Shown: positions 40,176 through 49,210, counted from the stretch's first letter. The stretch is DNA of 64,000 nt from Thermodesulfobacteriota bacterium (GCA_046754225.1 JBHHVI010000003.1:5933-69932); one strand, 5' to 3'. Numbers and translations are program-made. Notes: a model not told the origin generated them from the letters alone.

Positions 40176-41225
40176 CTAAAAAGAATTTTTAAAAAGGTTC
40201 ATATCTTCATCTCCGCCGGGCCTCTGTGCCTCTTTCTCTTCTTCCGTGCGGGGCTTTTCACCGGAGGGGGCGGGTCTGCCGCCCCTGTAAATGGGCCTTT
40301 CGAACATGCGCTGATAACCCGTCCACCCCCCTTCCTCCTCCCCTTCGAGGAGCGTCCTGAAGGCCGCGACCTTGGCGTCGAGGTCGTCGAGGTAATAGAG
40401 CATTACGGCCTCCAATATCTTGGGGCGTTTCGGGGACCCGAATTCAAGGCGTCCGTGGTGGGAGAGGAGCATGTGTTTTAAGAGCATGGCCAGCTCACCG
40501 GGAAAGCCCGCCACCTCCTTCATCTTCTCGTCTATCAGTTCAACGCCGAGCGTTATGTGCCCCACGAGCCTTCCCACATCGGTATAACCGAAGGCCCTTG
40601 AGTATTCCAGTTCATAAATCTTTCCAATGTCATGGAGGATCGCCCCGGCGGTTAAGAGGTCTTTATTAACGTCGGTGTCCCTCGCGTAATGCTTTGAAAC
40701 CACTCCGGCGAGGCCGCAGATGGAGAGCACGTGCTCCAGGAGCCCCCCTATATAAGGGTGGTGCATGGCCTTTGCCGCGGGGGCGTGCATGAACCTGCCC
40801 CTGACGTCAGGGTCTTTAAAGACGGCTTCAAGGAGCGCCTTTATATACCGGTCCTGAACCCCTGAGATTATCTCCTCAAGTTCCTTCATCATCTCCGCGG
40901 GGTCTCTCTTTGACGACGGCAGGAAATCGGCGAGCGAATAGCCGGACTCGGGCACAGGTTCAATATCAGAGACGTTTAGCTGGAGCCCCCCCTGATAGGA
41001 GACTGCGAAACCTTTCACCTTTACGACGTCGTCTGCGTCGAACTTTTTGGCCAGCGCCTCCGCCCCCTCCCAGACGCGCGCCTCAACCTGGCCCGTAGAG
41101 TCCATGAGCCTCAGGTTAAGATAAGGCTTTCCCGACTTACTTACCCCCGTATCCTTCCTCGTAACGATAAAGGAATCGTAGACCCTGTCCTTCTCCCTTA
41201 TATCCTTTACAAAAAGCTTTTTCAT
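40176..41225 (-). CDS. OB-fold + HD-domain 3'-5' exoribonuclease (YhaM-like)
   Basis: N-terminal OB-fold followed by an HD domain (HHPYIGGLLEH, ILHDIGK, LSHHG). Confidence 0.7.
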   Translation of the reverse strand: MKKLFVKDIREKDRVYDSFIVTRKDTGVSKSGKPYLNLRLMDSTGQVEARVWEGAEALAKKFDADDVVKVKGFAVSYQGGLQLNVSDIEPVPESGYSLADFLPSSKRDPAEMMKELEEIISGVQDRYIKALLEAVFKDPDVRGRFMHAPAAKAMHHPYIGGLLEHVLSICGLAGVVSKHYARDTDVNKDLLTAGAILHDIGKIYELEYSRAFGYTDVGRLVGHITLGVELIDEKMKEVAGFPGELAMLLKHMLLSHHGRLEFGSPKRPKILEAVMLYYLDDLDAKVAAFRTLLEGEEEGGWTGYQRMFERPIYRGGRPAPSGEKPRTEEEKEAQRPGGDEDMNLFKNSF

Positions 41226-41238
41226 AATCGAGTCCCTG

Positions 41239-42219
41239 TTATTGAACTATAAGTCCCGTCGAAGCGGCGCCCTTTGCGCGCCTTAAAAACCACTCCACGT
41301 AGCGCCTTACCCCCTCCTCTATCCGCACACTCGCGGTAAAGCCGAGAAGCCTTTCCGCCTTTCCAGTGTCGGCGTAGGTTATGGGCACGTCTCCCGGCAT
41401 GGGGGGGAGTTCATCTATCTCGGCTTTCTTTCCGAGGTTTTCCTCTATGACGGCGATAAGCCTCTTTACCTCCACGGTCCTTGAGCCCCCGAGGTTTATT
41501 ATCTCGTATACGGAAGGTTTGTAAAGGGCGGCAGTAACGCCGCGGATGATGTCATCTATGTAGGTAAAATCCCTTTTGGCCGACCCGTCGCCGTAAAGGG
41601 GTATTTTTTTGCCCTCGTGGATAAGGCGGGTGAACTTCGCCACGGCCATATCGGGCCTTCCCCTCTCTCCGTAGACCGTAAAGAACCTCAGGCACGTTAC
41701 GGGTATATTATAGAGGTGCGAATAGGTATAGCACATGAGCTCCCCAGCCCTCTTTGTGGAGGCATATGGAGAGATGGGACGCTCCACGGGGTCTTCCTCG
41801 GAGAAGGGGACCTTGCTGTTCACGCCGTAGACCGACGATGATGATGCGAAGACGAAGTTTTTTACCTTAAGGCCCTTTACCCCCTCGAGTATATTGAGGG
41901 TGCCGAGACAGTTAACCTCTTCGTAGAGGACGGGGTCCTCTATGCTCGGCCTCACTCCGGCCCTCGCGGCGATATGGCAGACCACGTCGGGCCTCTCGGC
42001 GCGAAAGACCTCTTTAACCTTTTCCGGGTCCCTTATGTCTATCTCATGTAGCGTGAAGGCAGGGGTTTCCAGAAGTTCTTTTATGTTCTCCCTCTTGACG
42101 GCGGGGTCGTAAAAGTCGTTGAAGTTGTCCACGACCACGACCTCCTCGCCCCTTTTAACAAGGGTCTCAGAGAGATGGGAGCCTATAAAGCCGGCCCCTC
42201 CTGTAACGAGGATTTTCAT
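41239..42219 (-). CDS. NAD-dependent nucleotide-sugar epimerase/dehydratase (UDP-glucuronate/glucose 4-epimerase-like)
   Basis: ILVTGGAGFIGSH Rossmann motif and YASTK catalytic YxxxK. Confidence 0.8.
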   Translation of the reverse strand: MKILVTGGAGFIGSHLSETLVKRGEEVVVVDNFNDFYDPAVKRENIKELLETPAFTLHEIDIRDPEKVKEVFRAERPDVVCHIAARAGVRPSIEDPVLYEEVNCLGTLNILEGVKGLKVKNFVFASSSSVYGVNSKVPFSEEDPVERPISPYASTKRAGELMCYTYSHLYNIPVTCLRFFTVYGERGRPDMAVAKFTRLIHEGKKIPLYGDGSAKRDFTYIDDIIRGVTAALYKPSVYEIINLGGSRTVEVKRLIAVIEENLGKKAEIDELPPMPGDVPITYADTGKAERLLGFTASVRIEEGVRRYVEWFLRRAKGAASTGLIVQ

Positions 42220-42381
42220 CAGGTAAAACTAACACATAAGACATTCCCGGTCAAGAATCTATGGGTGAGCGGGGGCGGTAAGATTGCGAATTACAAGAAA
42301 AGGCACACCGAAAAAGCGGGGGGCTGAAGATATCAACTCCCCCCGCCTTGACTGACCGCCGGCCGGTGTTAAAATGTAAGT

Positions 42382-42810
42382 GTGACTTATACTTTTTTTG
42401 AGCATATCTCGGACATAGGCATAAAGGCCGAGTCCCCCACCCTCGAAGGGGCCCTGGAGGACGGGGCCGCAGCCATGCTTGAGGTGATGTTCGAACTCGA
42501 CACCATAGTCGAAGTGGAAAAGCGCGCCATAAAAGCGGAGGCCGGGGAGATAGAGACCCTCTTTGTCGAGGTCCTTAACGAGATACTCTCCATTCAGTGT
42601 AGAGACGGGCTCGCCCTTAAGAGGCTCAAGACCGTGGAGCTTAAGAAGACCCCTTCCGGGTTTTCCTTCAAGGGAGAGGCCTTCGGCGAACCCATAGACC
42701 TCAAAAGGCATGTAGTAAAGACAGAGGTAAAGGGCGCGACATACTCGGCCCTTAAGTACGTGAGGGGCGAAGGGGGAACGCATACCCTTCAGTGCATACT
42801 TGACGTATAG
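42382..42810 (+). CDS. archease (RtcB activator)
   Basis: 142 aa; FEHISDIG N-terminus typical of archease; directly upstream of rtcB. Confidence 0.8.
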   Translation: MTYTFFEHISDIGIKAESPTLEGALEDGAAAMLEVMFELDTIVEVEKRAIKAEAGEIETLFVEVLNEILSIQCRDGLALKRLKTVELKKTPSGFSFKGEAFGEPIDLKRHVVKTEVKGATYSALKYVRGEGGTHTLQCILDV

Positions 42811-42849
42811 GGTTTTTTAAGTGGAAATATTTATAATCGGGGGTGACTG

Positions 42850-44325
42850 ATGACCGCGCTGAACACCATAGAGGTTAAAAGGATTTCCGAATATCTCTGG
42901 GAGGTGCCTAAAAGGGGCGACATGCTCGTTCCGGCGCGGATATACGCCGACAGGGAGACGGTTACACCCCTCATAGAGGAACTGGGCAGGGTAAAGACGG
43001 GCGGGTTCACACCGGCGCTGCGTCAGGTGGTGAACGTGGCCACGCTTCCCGGCATAGTAAAGGCCTCTCTCGCCATGGCCGACATCCACCCGGGTTACGG
43101 CTTCGCCATAGGCGGGGTGGGTGCCTTTGACATGGAGACGGGGGTTATAAGCGTGGCGGGCGTGGGGTTCGACATAAACTGCGGCGTCAGGGTCTTAAAG
43201 ACCCCGCTTAAGAGGAAAGACGTTGAGCCTAAAAAGGTAGACCTCGCCAACCAGATCTTCCGGGACGTCCCGGCCGGTGTGGGTTCCAGAGGAGAGATTC
43301 TGTTAAACGAGAAGGAGATAGACGAACTCCTCGTAAGGGGCTCGGCCTTTGTCGTTGAGAGGGGATACGGACTTCCCGAAGACCTCGAGTACACCGAGGA
43401 GCGGGGCGCCGTTAAAGGGGCGCGGCCCGGTAACGTCAGCCACAGGGCCAAAGAAAGGCAATTCCGTCAGGTGGGGACCCTGGGCTCGGGCAACCATTAC
43501 CTCGAGGTCCAGTACGTGGAGGAAATTTTTGATAACGCCGCCGCCCGTGTCTACGGCATAGAAAAAGACGGCATACTCATCGCAATACACTGCGGTAGCC
43601 GCGCCCTCGGCCACCAGATAGGAACCGATTACCTGAAGACCCTCGACGCGGCGAGCCGTAAATACGGCATACCCATAAGGGAGCGTGAGCTCGTATGCGC
43701 CCCCATAAAAAGCCCCGAGGGCCAAAAATATTTCAGCGCCGTAAACGCCGGCATTAACTGCGCCTTCGCCAACCGGCAGGCCATCTCGCATCTCGCCAGA
43801 GGTGCGTTGTCGAGGGTAATGGGCATAGAGCCTTCCGAGGTAAAACTCCTTTACGACGTGGCCCACAATACGTGCAAGGTGGAGACGCACGACGTTGACG
43901 GCGCCCAAAGAGAACTCATGGTCCACCGTAAGGGCGCAACGCGCGCCTTCGGGCCGGGCCGGGCCGAGATACCGGAAAAGTACAGGGCCGTGGGCCAGCC
44001 GCTACTCGTCGGCGGGACGATGGGCACGGCCTCTTACATTTTAAGGGGGACCGATAAGGGCATGAGGGACTGCTTCGGCAGCGCCGTACACGGCGCCGGA
44101 AGGGCCATGTCCAGGGTGAAGGCCAAAAGGACCTGGCGGGGCACGGAACTCATAAAGGAGCTCGAAGGAAAAGGGATAATCATCAGGTCGCGGTCCAAAT
44201 CGGGCGTGGCCGAAGAGGCCCCCGGCGCGTACAAGGACGTGGACAGGGTCGTCGACATAATGCACAACGCCGGGATAAACCAGAAGGTGGCGAGGCTCCG
44301 CCCCCTTTGCTGCGTCAAGGGGTAG
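42850..44325 (+). CDS. rtcB: RNA-splicing ligase RtcB (3'-phosphate/5'-OH RNA ligase)
   Basis: 491 aa; metal/GMP-binding motifs NCGVR, GSGNHY, HCGSR, VHRKGAT, HGAGR. Confidence 0.9.
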   Translation: MTALNTIEVKRISEYLWEVPKRGDMLVPARIYADRETVTPLIEELGRVKTGGFTPALRQVVNVATLPGIVKASLAMADIHPGYGFAIGGVGAFDMETGVISVAGVGFDINCGVRVLKTPLKRKDVEPKKVDLANQIFRDVPAGVGSRGEILLNEKEIDELLVRGSAFVVERGYGLPEDLEYTEERGAVKGARPGNVSHRAKERQFRQVGTLGSGNHYLEVQYVEEIFDNAAARVYGIEKDGILIAIHCGSRALGHQIGTDYLKTLDAASRKYGIPIRERELVCAPIKSPEGQKYFSAVNAGINCAFANRQAISHLARGALSRVMGIEPSEVKLLYDVAHNTCKVETHDVDGAQRELMVHRKGATRAFGPGRAEIPEKYRAVGQPLLVGGTMGTASYILRGTDKGMRDCFGSAVHGAGRAMSRVKAKRTWRGTELIKELEGKGIIIRSRSKSGVAEEAPGAYKDVDRVVDIMHNAGINQKVARLRPLCCVKG

Positions 44326-44365
44326 AGGGCTTGGAGACTGCATAAAAAATTTTCGCCCACTCTCT

Positions 44366-44425
44366 CCCGTTCTTTTATCCATTATCCCCGTTATCCCCAT
44401 TATCCGGAGCTCCCGGTTCGTTTAT
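44366..44425. repeat. cluster of five TTATCC(A/C) direct repeats (DnaA-box-like half sites)
   Basis: ttatccattatccccgttatccccattatccgg ... gtttatccatg in the rtcB/SDR intergenic region. A CACCGGcCCGGTG inverted repeat lies just downstream (44441-44453) and an ATAACCGGTTAT palindrome at 44509-44520. Confidence 0.5.
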
Positions 44426-44593
44426 CCATGACCTCGGCCCCTCTCTCAGCCACCGGCCCGGTGGCAAGGGCCTCCCGAATTTTTTCGACCTGTAAGAGGG
44501 CTTACATTTTTTTAATCGATAACCGGTTATTATCTTTCCGACTGTAAGAATCCGGACCATAGGCCCGGAGCGCGGCTTTAAGGAGGGTTATTC

Positions 44594-45454
44594 ATGAGCG
44601 ATTTTTCCAAAGAAGAACAACTACCCGGCGTTGTAATGCCGGAGTGCGACGTCCATAAAACCCTGAAGGGACAAAAGGCCCTCGTAACGGGAGCGAACTC
44701 GGGCATTGGAAAGGGCGTGGCAGTGGCGCTGGCAAAGGCCGGGGCAGACGTGGTCGTAAACTACGTCTCCGGGGAGGAGGCGGCCCTTGAGACGGCCGGG
44801 GAGATACGCGCCGCCGGCGTAAAATCCTATATACACGAAGCCGATGTATCAAGGGAGGACCATGTAGAGGCCATGTTCAAACGGATGAGAAGGGAGCTGG
44901 GCACAATCGACATACTCGTAAATAACGCGGGGCTCCAGAAGGACGCCCCCCTTACCGAGATGACGCTCAAGGACTGGAAGACCGTCCTTGACGTAAACCT
45001 TACGGGCCAGTTCCTATGCGCCCGCGAGGCGGTAAGGGAGTTCATGCGCCGGGGCGTGGTGAAGGAGGTCTCCTGCTCGGCGGGCAAGATTATCTGCGTC
45101 AGCTCCGTACATGAGGTAATCCCCTGGGCCGGACATGTAAACTACGCCGCTTCCAAGGGAGGCGTTATGCTCATGATGAAGAGCATCGCGCAGGAATGCG
45201 CCCCCCACCGTATCCGCGTCAACTCAATTTCTCCGGGCGCGGTGCGTACGCCCATAAACAGAGCCGCCTGGAGCACGCCCGAGGCGTACGAGTCGCTCAT
45301 GGAACTGGTCCCATACAAGAGGATAGGCGAGGTGGAGGACATAGGACGGGCCGTGGTATGGCTCGCCTCGGACCACGCCGACTATGTTAACGGTATAAGC
45401 CTTTATATAGACGGGGGCATGACGCTCTATCCGGGATTCTCAGAGGGAGGATGA
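44594..45454 (+). CDS. short-chain dehydrogenase/reductase (glucose 1-dehydrogenase-like)
   Basis: TGANSGIGKG cofactor motif, NNAG, and S...YxxxK catalytic triad (YAASK). Confidence 0.8.
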   Translation: MSDFSKEEQLPGVVMPECDVHKTLKGQKALVTGANSGIGKGVAVALAKAGADVVVNYVSGEEAALETAGEIRAAGVKSYIHEADVSREDHVEAMFKRMRRELGTIDILVNNAGLQKDAPLTEMTLKDWKTVLDVNLTGQFLCAREAVREFMRRGVVKEVSCSAGKIICVSSVHEVIPWAGHVNYAASKGGVMLMMKSIAQECAPHRIRVNSISPGAVRTPINRAAWSTPEAYESLMELVPYKRIGEVEDIGRAVVWLASDHADYVNGISLYIDGGMTLYPGFSEGG

Positions 45455-47280
45455 AAATGTATAAACCCATAAACGACTACGGCTTAATCGGCAACCTCGG
45501 CTCATGCGCACTTGTCGGGCTCGACGGCTCCATAGACTGGGCCTGCCTGCCCCATCTCGACTCCCCGGCCCTCTTCTCCGCCCTCCTTGATTCAAAAAAG
45601 GGGGGACGCTTTCAGATAGTCCCGGAAGGAAAATACAGCTCCTCTCAGGCCTATATGGAGGACACGAATATCCTTGAGACCACCTTCACCACACCCACGG
45701 GGGTGGTGACGATAACGGACTTCATGCCCTTTTTCGGAGAGGAGGAGGACCGCGAACGCCCCGTCATATACCGCGTGGTAAAAGGCGCAAGCGGCTTGGT
45801 GAAGCTCGATATTACCTTTGAGCCCCGTCTCGACTACGCCCGCGCCGAGACCAAACTTGCTGGAGATGATACAAAGGTCGTTGCCAAAGGAGGGGGGCAG
45901 TCAATCACGCTCACATCCGCCCGCCCAATAGCCATTAAGGGAGATGAGGCGGGCGGCTCCATTGAGATTAACCGTGGCGAAGAGGTTGTATTCGCCCTCG
46001 GTTACGGCTTGAGCCTCGATAACGCGCCGGAGGCCGCCGGGGCCCTTACAGCCACGGCCAGAAAGTGGACGGCGTGGGCGCACCGCTGCGAGGAGAGCAT
46101 GTGCGTATTCGGAGGCCCCTGGCACGCTCAGGTCGTGCGCTCGGCCTTTACCCTCAAGATGCTCACCCACAGCCACACCGGGGCCGTGGCCGCGGCGGCC
46201 ACGACATCTCTACCCGAAGAGATCGGGGGGGAGCGCAACTGGGACTACCGCTTCGCCTGGCTGAGGGACGCCTCCTTTACGGTGCAGGCGCTACATAACC
46301 TGGGGCACAGGGAAGAGGCGGAGGCCTTCCTCGCATGGTTCCAGCAGGCCATCTCCCCGCACGCCAGCCCATCGGAGATTCAAATCATGTATAGCCTGCA
46401 CGGAGAGACCACCCTCAAGGAGGAGGAACTCAAGCACCTCGAAGGGTACAGGGGGTCGCGCCCCGTAAGGATAGGGAACAAGGCCTCTGAGCAGCGCCAG
46501 CTCGATATCTACGGCGAGGTAATAGACGCCGCATATCAACTGACCCGCTACGGCTCCACCCTCGAAGCCGAGCACTGGCCCTTTATCTGTTCTCTCGCCG
46601 ATTATGTCAGCGGGGCGTGGAAAGAGAAGGACGCCGGGATATGGGAGGTACGCGGCGGGGTCGCCCACTTCGTATACTCAAAGGTTATGTGCTGGGTGGC
46701 CCTTGACCGGGCGGTGAAGTTAAGCAAAGTCCTCGGCCACGCGGGGGACGTGGAGCGCTGGTCCGCCGGGGCCGCGGCCATAAGGAAGGCCGTCCTTACC
46801 GAGGGGTACAACGACAGGGTCGGGGCCTTTGTCCAGTCCTTCGGCTCCGACGTGCTCGACGCATCGAACCTCCTTATCCCACTTGTGGGGTTTCTGCCCT
46901 TTGACGACGAGAGGGTAAAATCCACCATAGACGCCACGAAACGGGAATTGAGCGACGGGGCCTTCGTTCACCGCTACAGGGCCGATGACGGCCTTAAGGG
47001 AAATGAAGGGGCCTTTCTCCTGTGCTCCTTCTGGCTCATAGATTGTCTTACACTCTCGGGGAGAGTCGATGAGGCTATAGAGGCCTTTGAAAAAATCTCA
47101 AGCCACGCCAACCACCTCGGCCTCTTCGCCGAGGAGATAGACCCGGCCACGGGGGCGTTTCTCGGCAACTTCCCGCAGGCCTTCACCCACATAGGTTTCA
47201 TCAACAGCGCCCTCTACCTCGGAAGGGCCCTGGGAAAGGAGCAGATGGGCCCCAACCCCATGGGTTCGACGGGGGGTTGA
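45451..47280 (+). CDS. glycoside hydrolase family 15 (glucoamylase/trehalase-like)
   Basis: 609 aa; N-terminal beta-sandwich plus (alpha/alpha)6 catalytic domain with WDYRFAWLRDASF-type motifs; ATGA start/stop overlap with the SDR gene. Confidence 0.8.
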   Translation: MKMYKPINDYGLIGNLGSCALVGLDGSIDWACLPHLDSPALFSALLDSKKGGRFQIVPEGKYSSSQAYMEDTNILETTFTTPTGVVTITDFMPFFGEEEDRERPVIYRVVKGASGLVKLDITFEPRLDYARAETKLAGDDTKVVAKGGGQSITLTSARPIAIKGDEAGGSIEINRGEEVVFALGYGLSLDNAPEAAGALTATARKWTAWAHRCEESMCVFGGPWHAQVVRSAFTLKMLTHSHTGAVAAAATTSLPEEIGGERNWDYRFAWLRDASFTVQALHNLGHREEAEAFLAWFQQAISPHASPSEIQIMYSLHGETTLKEEELKHLEGYRGSRPVRIGNKASEQRQLDIYGEVIDAAYQLTRYGSTLEAEHWPFICSLADYVSGAWKEKDAGIWEVRGGVAHFVYSKVMCWVALDRAVKLSKVLGHAGDVERWSAGAAAIRKAVLTEGYNDRVGAFVQSFGSDVLDASNLLIPLVGFLPFDDERVKSTIDATKRELSDGAFVHRYRADDGLKGNEGAFLLCSFWLIDCLTLSGRVDEAIEAFEKISSHANHLGLFAEEIDPATGAFLGNFPQAFTHIGFINSALYLGRALGKEQMGPNPMGSTGG

Positions 47281-47503
47281 ACGGCTCACCCCCCCACCGG
47301 ATATGAAGAAGGTAAAGATAGCGTCTATCGAAAACTTTTTATTCGACGCCCGCCTCATTGGAAAGGGAAAGGGGTAAGGGTGGTATGCAACCTGTGCTCG
47401 ATGATTGCGATTTCCGCCAAAACGTTGTATGTTTTTTGATAATCAATGATGTAGGGCATTACCCGCCCTACGAAACTGTTACATTGTAAAGAATGATACT
47501 AAT

Positions 47504-48247
47504 ATGAGTAATTCATCAATTAGTGCAAATACCTTATTTCACTTCACAGACAGCATAGACAATCTTGTAGAGATATTAAGAAATGAATTTTCCCCGCACT
47601 ACAGTTTGGAAAATTTGGATCCTGTCTTAGGAGACGATTTCCAAATTGCACTACCAATGGTTTGTTTTTGTGACATTCCTCTTTCCCAAATTCATAATCA
47701 CATTGATATCTATGGACGCTATGCATTAGGTTTAACTAAAGACTGGGGAAAAAGAAATGGAATAAACCCTGTGTTATATACCTACAATGGAGCTACAATA
47801 GCTAATCACATTAGTTCTCTGGCGGGTCAGATAACCAGCGATTCTATTGGCAATTCTATTGATACCTTGCGTGATTTTTTTAATTTTATTAAACCCTATG
47901 AAGGAAAGTTATGGAGAAATGGGGCTTTTAAAAATGGAATACAATTTTATGATGAAAGAGAATGGAGATTTGTTCCGTCGATTGATGATGAGGATGGAAT
48001 CAAACGATATTTAAATAAAGAGATTTTTTTGGATAAAACCCGCAAAGACGAAGAAACACAGAAATTGAAAAGCAAAAAACTCTCTTTCGCACCTAACGAT
48101 ATAAAATATATAATTGTAGATAAGGAGAGTGAAATTTATGATATGGCTATCAAAATCGAAGATATTAAAATGAAGTTTCCGCTTAAACATGTAAAAATAC
48201 TCGTTACACGAATTATCTCTATGGAACATATAAAGGACGATTTTTAG
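47504..48247 (+). CDS. AT-rich orphan gene; AbiGi-like (putative abortive-infection family) hypothetical protein
   Basis: 247 aa ORF of roughly 33% GC embedded in ~60% GC DNA. The N-terminus SANTLFHFTDSIDNLVEILRNEF matches what I recall of the AbiGi family (PF10899). No AbiGii partner is present. Confidence 0.5.
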   Translation: MSNSSISANTLFHFTDSIDNLVEILRNEFSPHYSLENLDPVLGDDFQIALPMVCFCDIPLSQIHNHIDIYGRYALGLTKDWGKRNGINPVLYTYNGATIANHISSLAGQITSDSIGNSIDTLRDFFNFIKPYEGKLWRNGAFKNGIQFYDEREWRFVPSIDDEDGIKRYLNKEIFLDKTRKDEETQKLKSKKLSFAPNDIKYIIVDKESEIYDMAIKIEDIKMKFPLKHVKILVTRIISMEHIKDDF

Positions 48248-48295
48248 AAAATATGGAGCTGATTTCTTTCTTCAACACCCCCCCTCTTATGGTGT

Positions 48296-48330
48296 GAAAT
48301 CCCCCCCTCCCCCCCTTTAAAAAGGGGGGG
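48296..48330. terminator. G7/C7 homopolymer hairpin (CCCCCCC-TTTAAAAA-GGGGGGG), probable bidirectional terminator
   Basis: Perfect 7-bp G:C stem between convergent genes (AT-rich ORF on + and the zinc-ribbon ORF on -). Additional C7/C6 tracts lie on either side. Confidence 0.45.
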
Positions 48331-48341
48331 AGTAGACCCCC

Positions 48342-48515
48342 CTCAAAAATCCTCGGCCAGGTAGGGTTCGTCGGCCTTCTTCTTTAACTTCAAGGGGCAC
48401 TGGCAGTAGGGGCAGTAGACCTGCTCGCCCGTCTTCTCCTCGTCGGAGATGGGCACCTCGGCTGAGCACATGGGGCACTCCAGGTACCCTGAAAAGGTAT
48501 CCCTGTCGTATCCCA
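48342..48515 (-). CDS. small zinc-ribbon protein (57 aa; LysW-like fold, CPxC...CPxC)
   Basis: MGYDRDTFSGYLECPMCSAEVPISDEEKTGEQVYCPYCQCPLKLKKKADEPYLAEDF. Not in the ORF track (<60 aa). Its start lies 3 nt after the stop of the upstream gene on the same strand. Confidence 0.45.
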
Positions 48516-48518
48516 TCG

Positions 48519-48776
48519 TCAGCCCCCCGTCACCTTATAGACCTCGTCGTGCTCCCTGCCGTGCTCTATGAGCTTTATGCCCACGCTCACGCCCACCCCG
48601 GCCTCTTCCACGCTCTCGTGCTCTATCTGGATGGAATCGACCTTCTGGGTGAAATCAGAGGTGTGCCCCTTTACGTGGATGGTATCGCCTACCCTGAGGG
48701 GGCCGCCAAGGTCCACGGCCGCCACATTGAGATGCGTATAGTAATGGGTAATCGTCCCCACTCTCTCCTCTCCCAT
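48519..48776 (-). CDS. EF-Tu domain-2-like beta-barrel small protein
   Basis: 85 aa; resembles standalone translation-factor domain-2 proteins; translationally coupled to the downstream zinc-ribbon ORF. Confidence 0.45.
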   Translation of the reverse strand: MGEERVGTITHYYTHLNVAAVDLGGPLRVGDTIHVKGHTSDFTQKVDSIQIEHESVEEAGVGVSVGIKLIEHGREHDEVYKVTGG

Positions 48777-48982
48777 AGTACCCTCCTTTTATAAAAGGTT
48801 AAGACAAAAGGATTTACGGTTTTCCCTATTCTACTCTGAACGCCCCCTTTGTCAAGACGCCGGTAAAAATTTCCACTTGACGGGAGCGGACAAAAAAAGG
48901 AGAATTATATAAGGGCTTTTAACCTGAAAAACTTGTCCCCAAAAACTATAACCGGCACGATAACCGGTAAAAAAACAGGACC

Positions 48983-49210
48983 GTGTACAGAAGAGAAATA
49001 AGAAAATTATACCTTTCCGTGGGAGAAGAGGTAATTCACACAGGCCACCCCGAATGGGGCTCAGGAAGGGTAGTGGAGGAGATGAACTCCACCGTGGCCG
49101 GCGGGATGAGCATGGTGAGGATTGAATTCCACCACGGAGGGAACAAGACCTTCGATAACAACCTGTCGAGCCTCTGGTGCTGCTACCACGCGGGAATCAG
49201 GAAAGTATAG
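48983..49210 (+). CDS. DUF3553-like small protein
   Basis: Pattern V.H...PEWG.G.V.......V.F..GG.K......L..L matches DUF3553. Both candidate starts (48983, 49019) are GTG, so the start is uncertain. Confidence 0.35.
   Translation: MYRREIRKLYLSVGEEVIHTGHPEWGSGRVVEEMNSTVAGGMSMVRIEFHHGGNKTFDNNLSSLWCCYHAGIRKV

Noticed and set aside
42259-42783. 174-aa minus-strand ORF overlapping the archease gene
   Set aside because: Entirely antisense to a well-conserved archease coding sequence, with no family resemblance
44375-44560. 61-aa minus-strand ORF ending in DNGDNGDNG across the TTATCC repeat region
   Set aside because: The repeat-encoded peptide is a by-product of the direct DNA repeats and there is no RBS; the region is better interpreted as regulatory DNA
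48342-48515. Zinc-ribbon ORF as a bona fide LysW/ArgW amino-group carrier protein
   Set aside because: The fold pattern fits, but the C-terminus ends ...AEDF rather than the EDWGE-type terminal Glu required for substrate attachment. No lysX/argX-type partner genes are nearby
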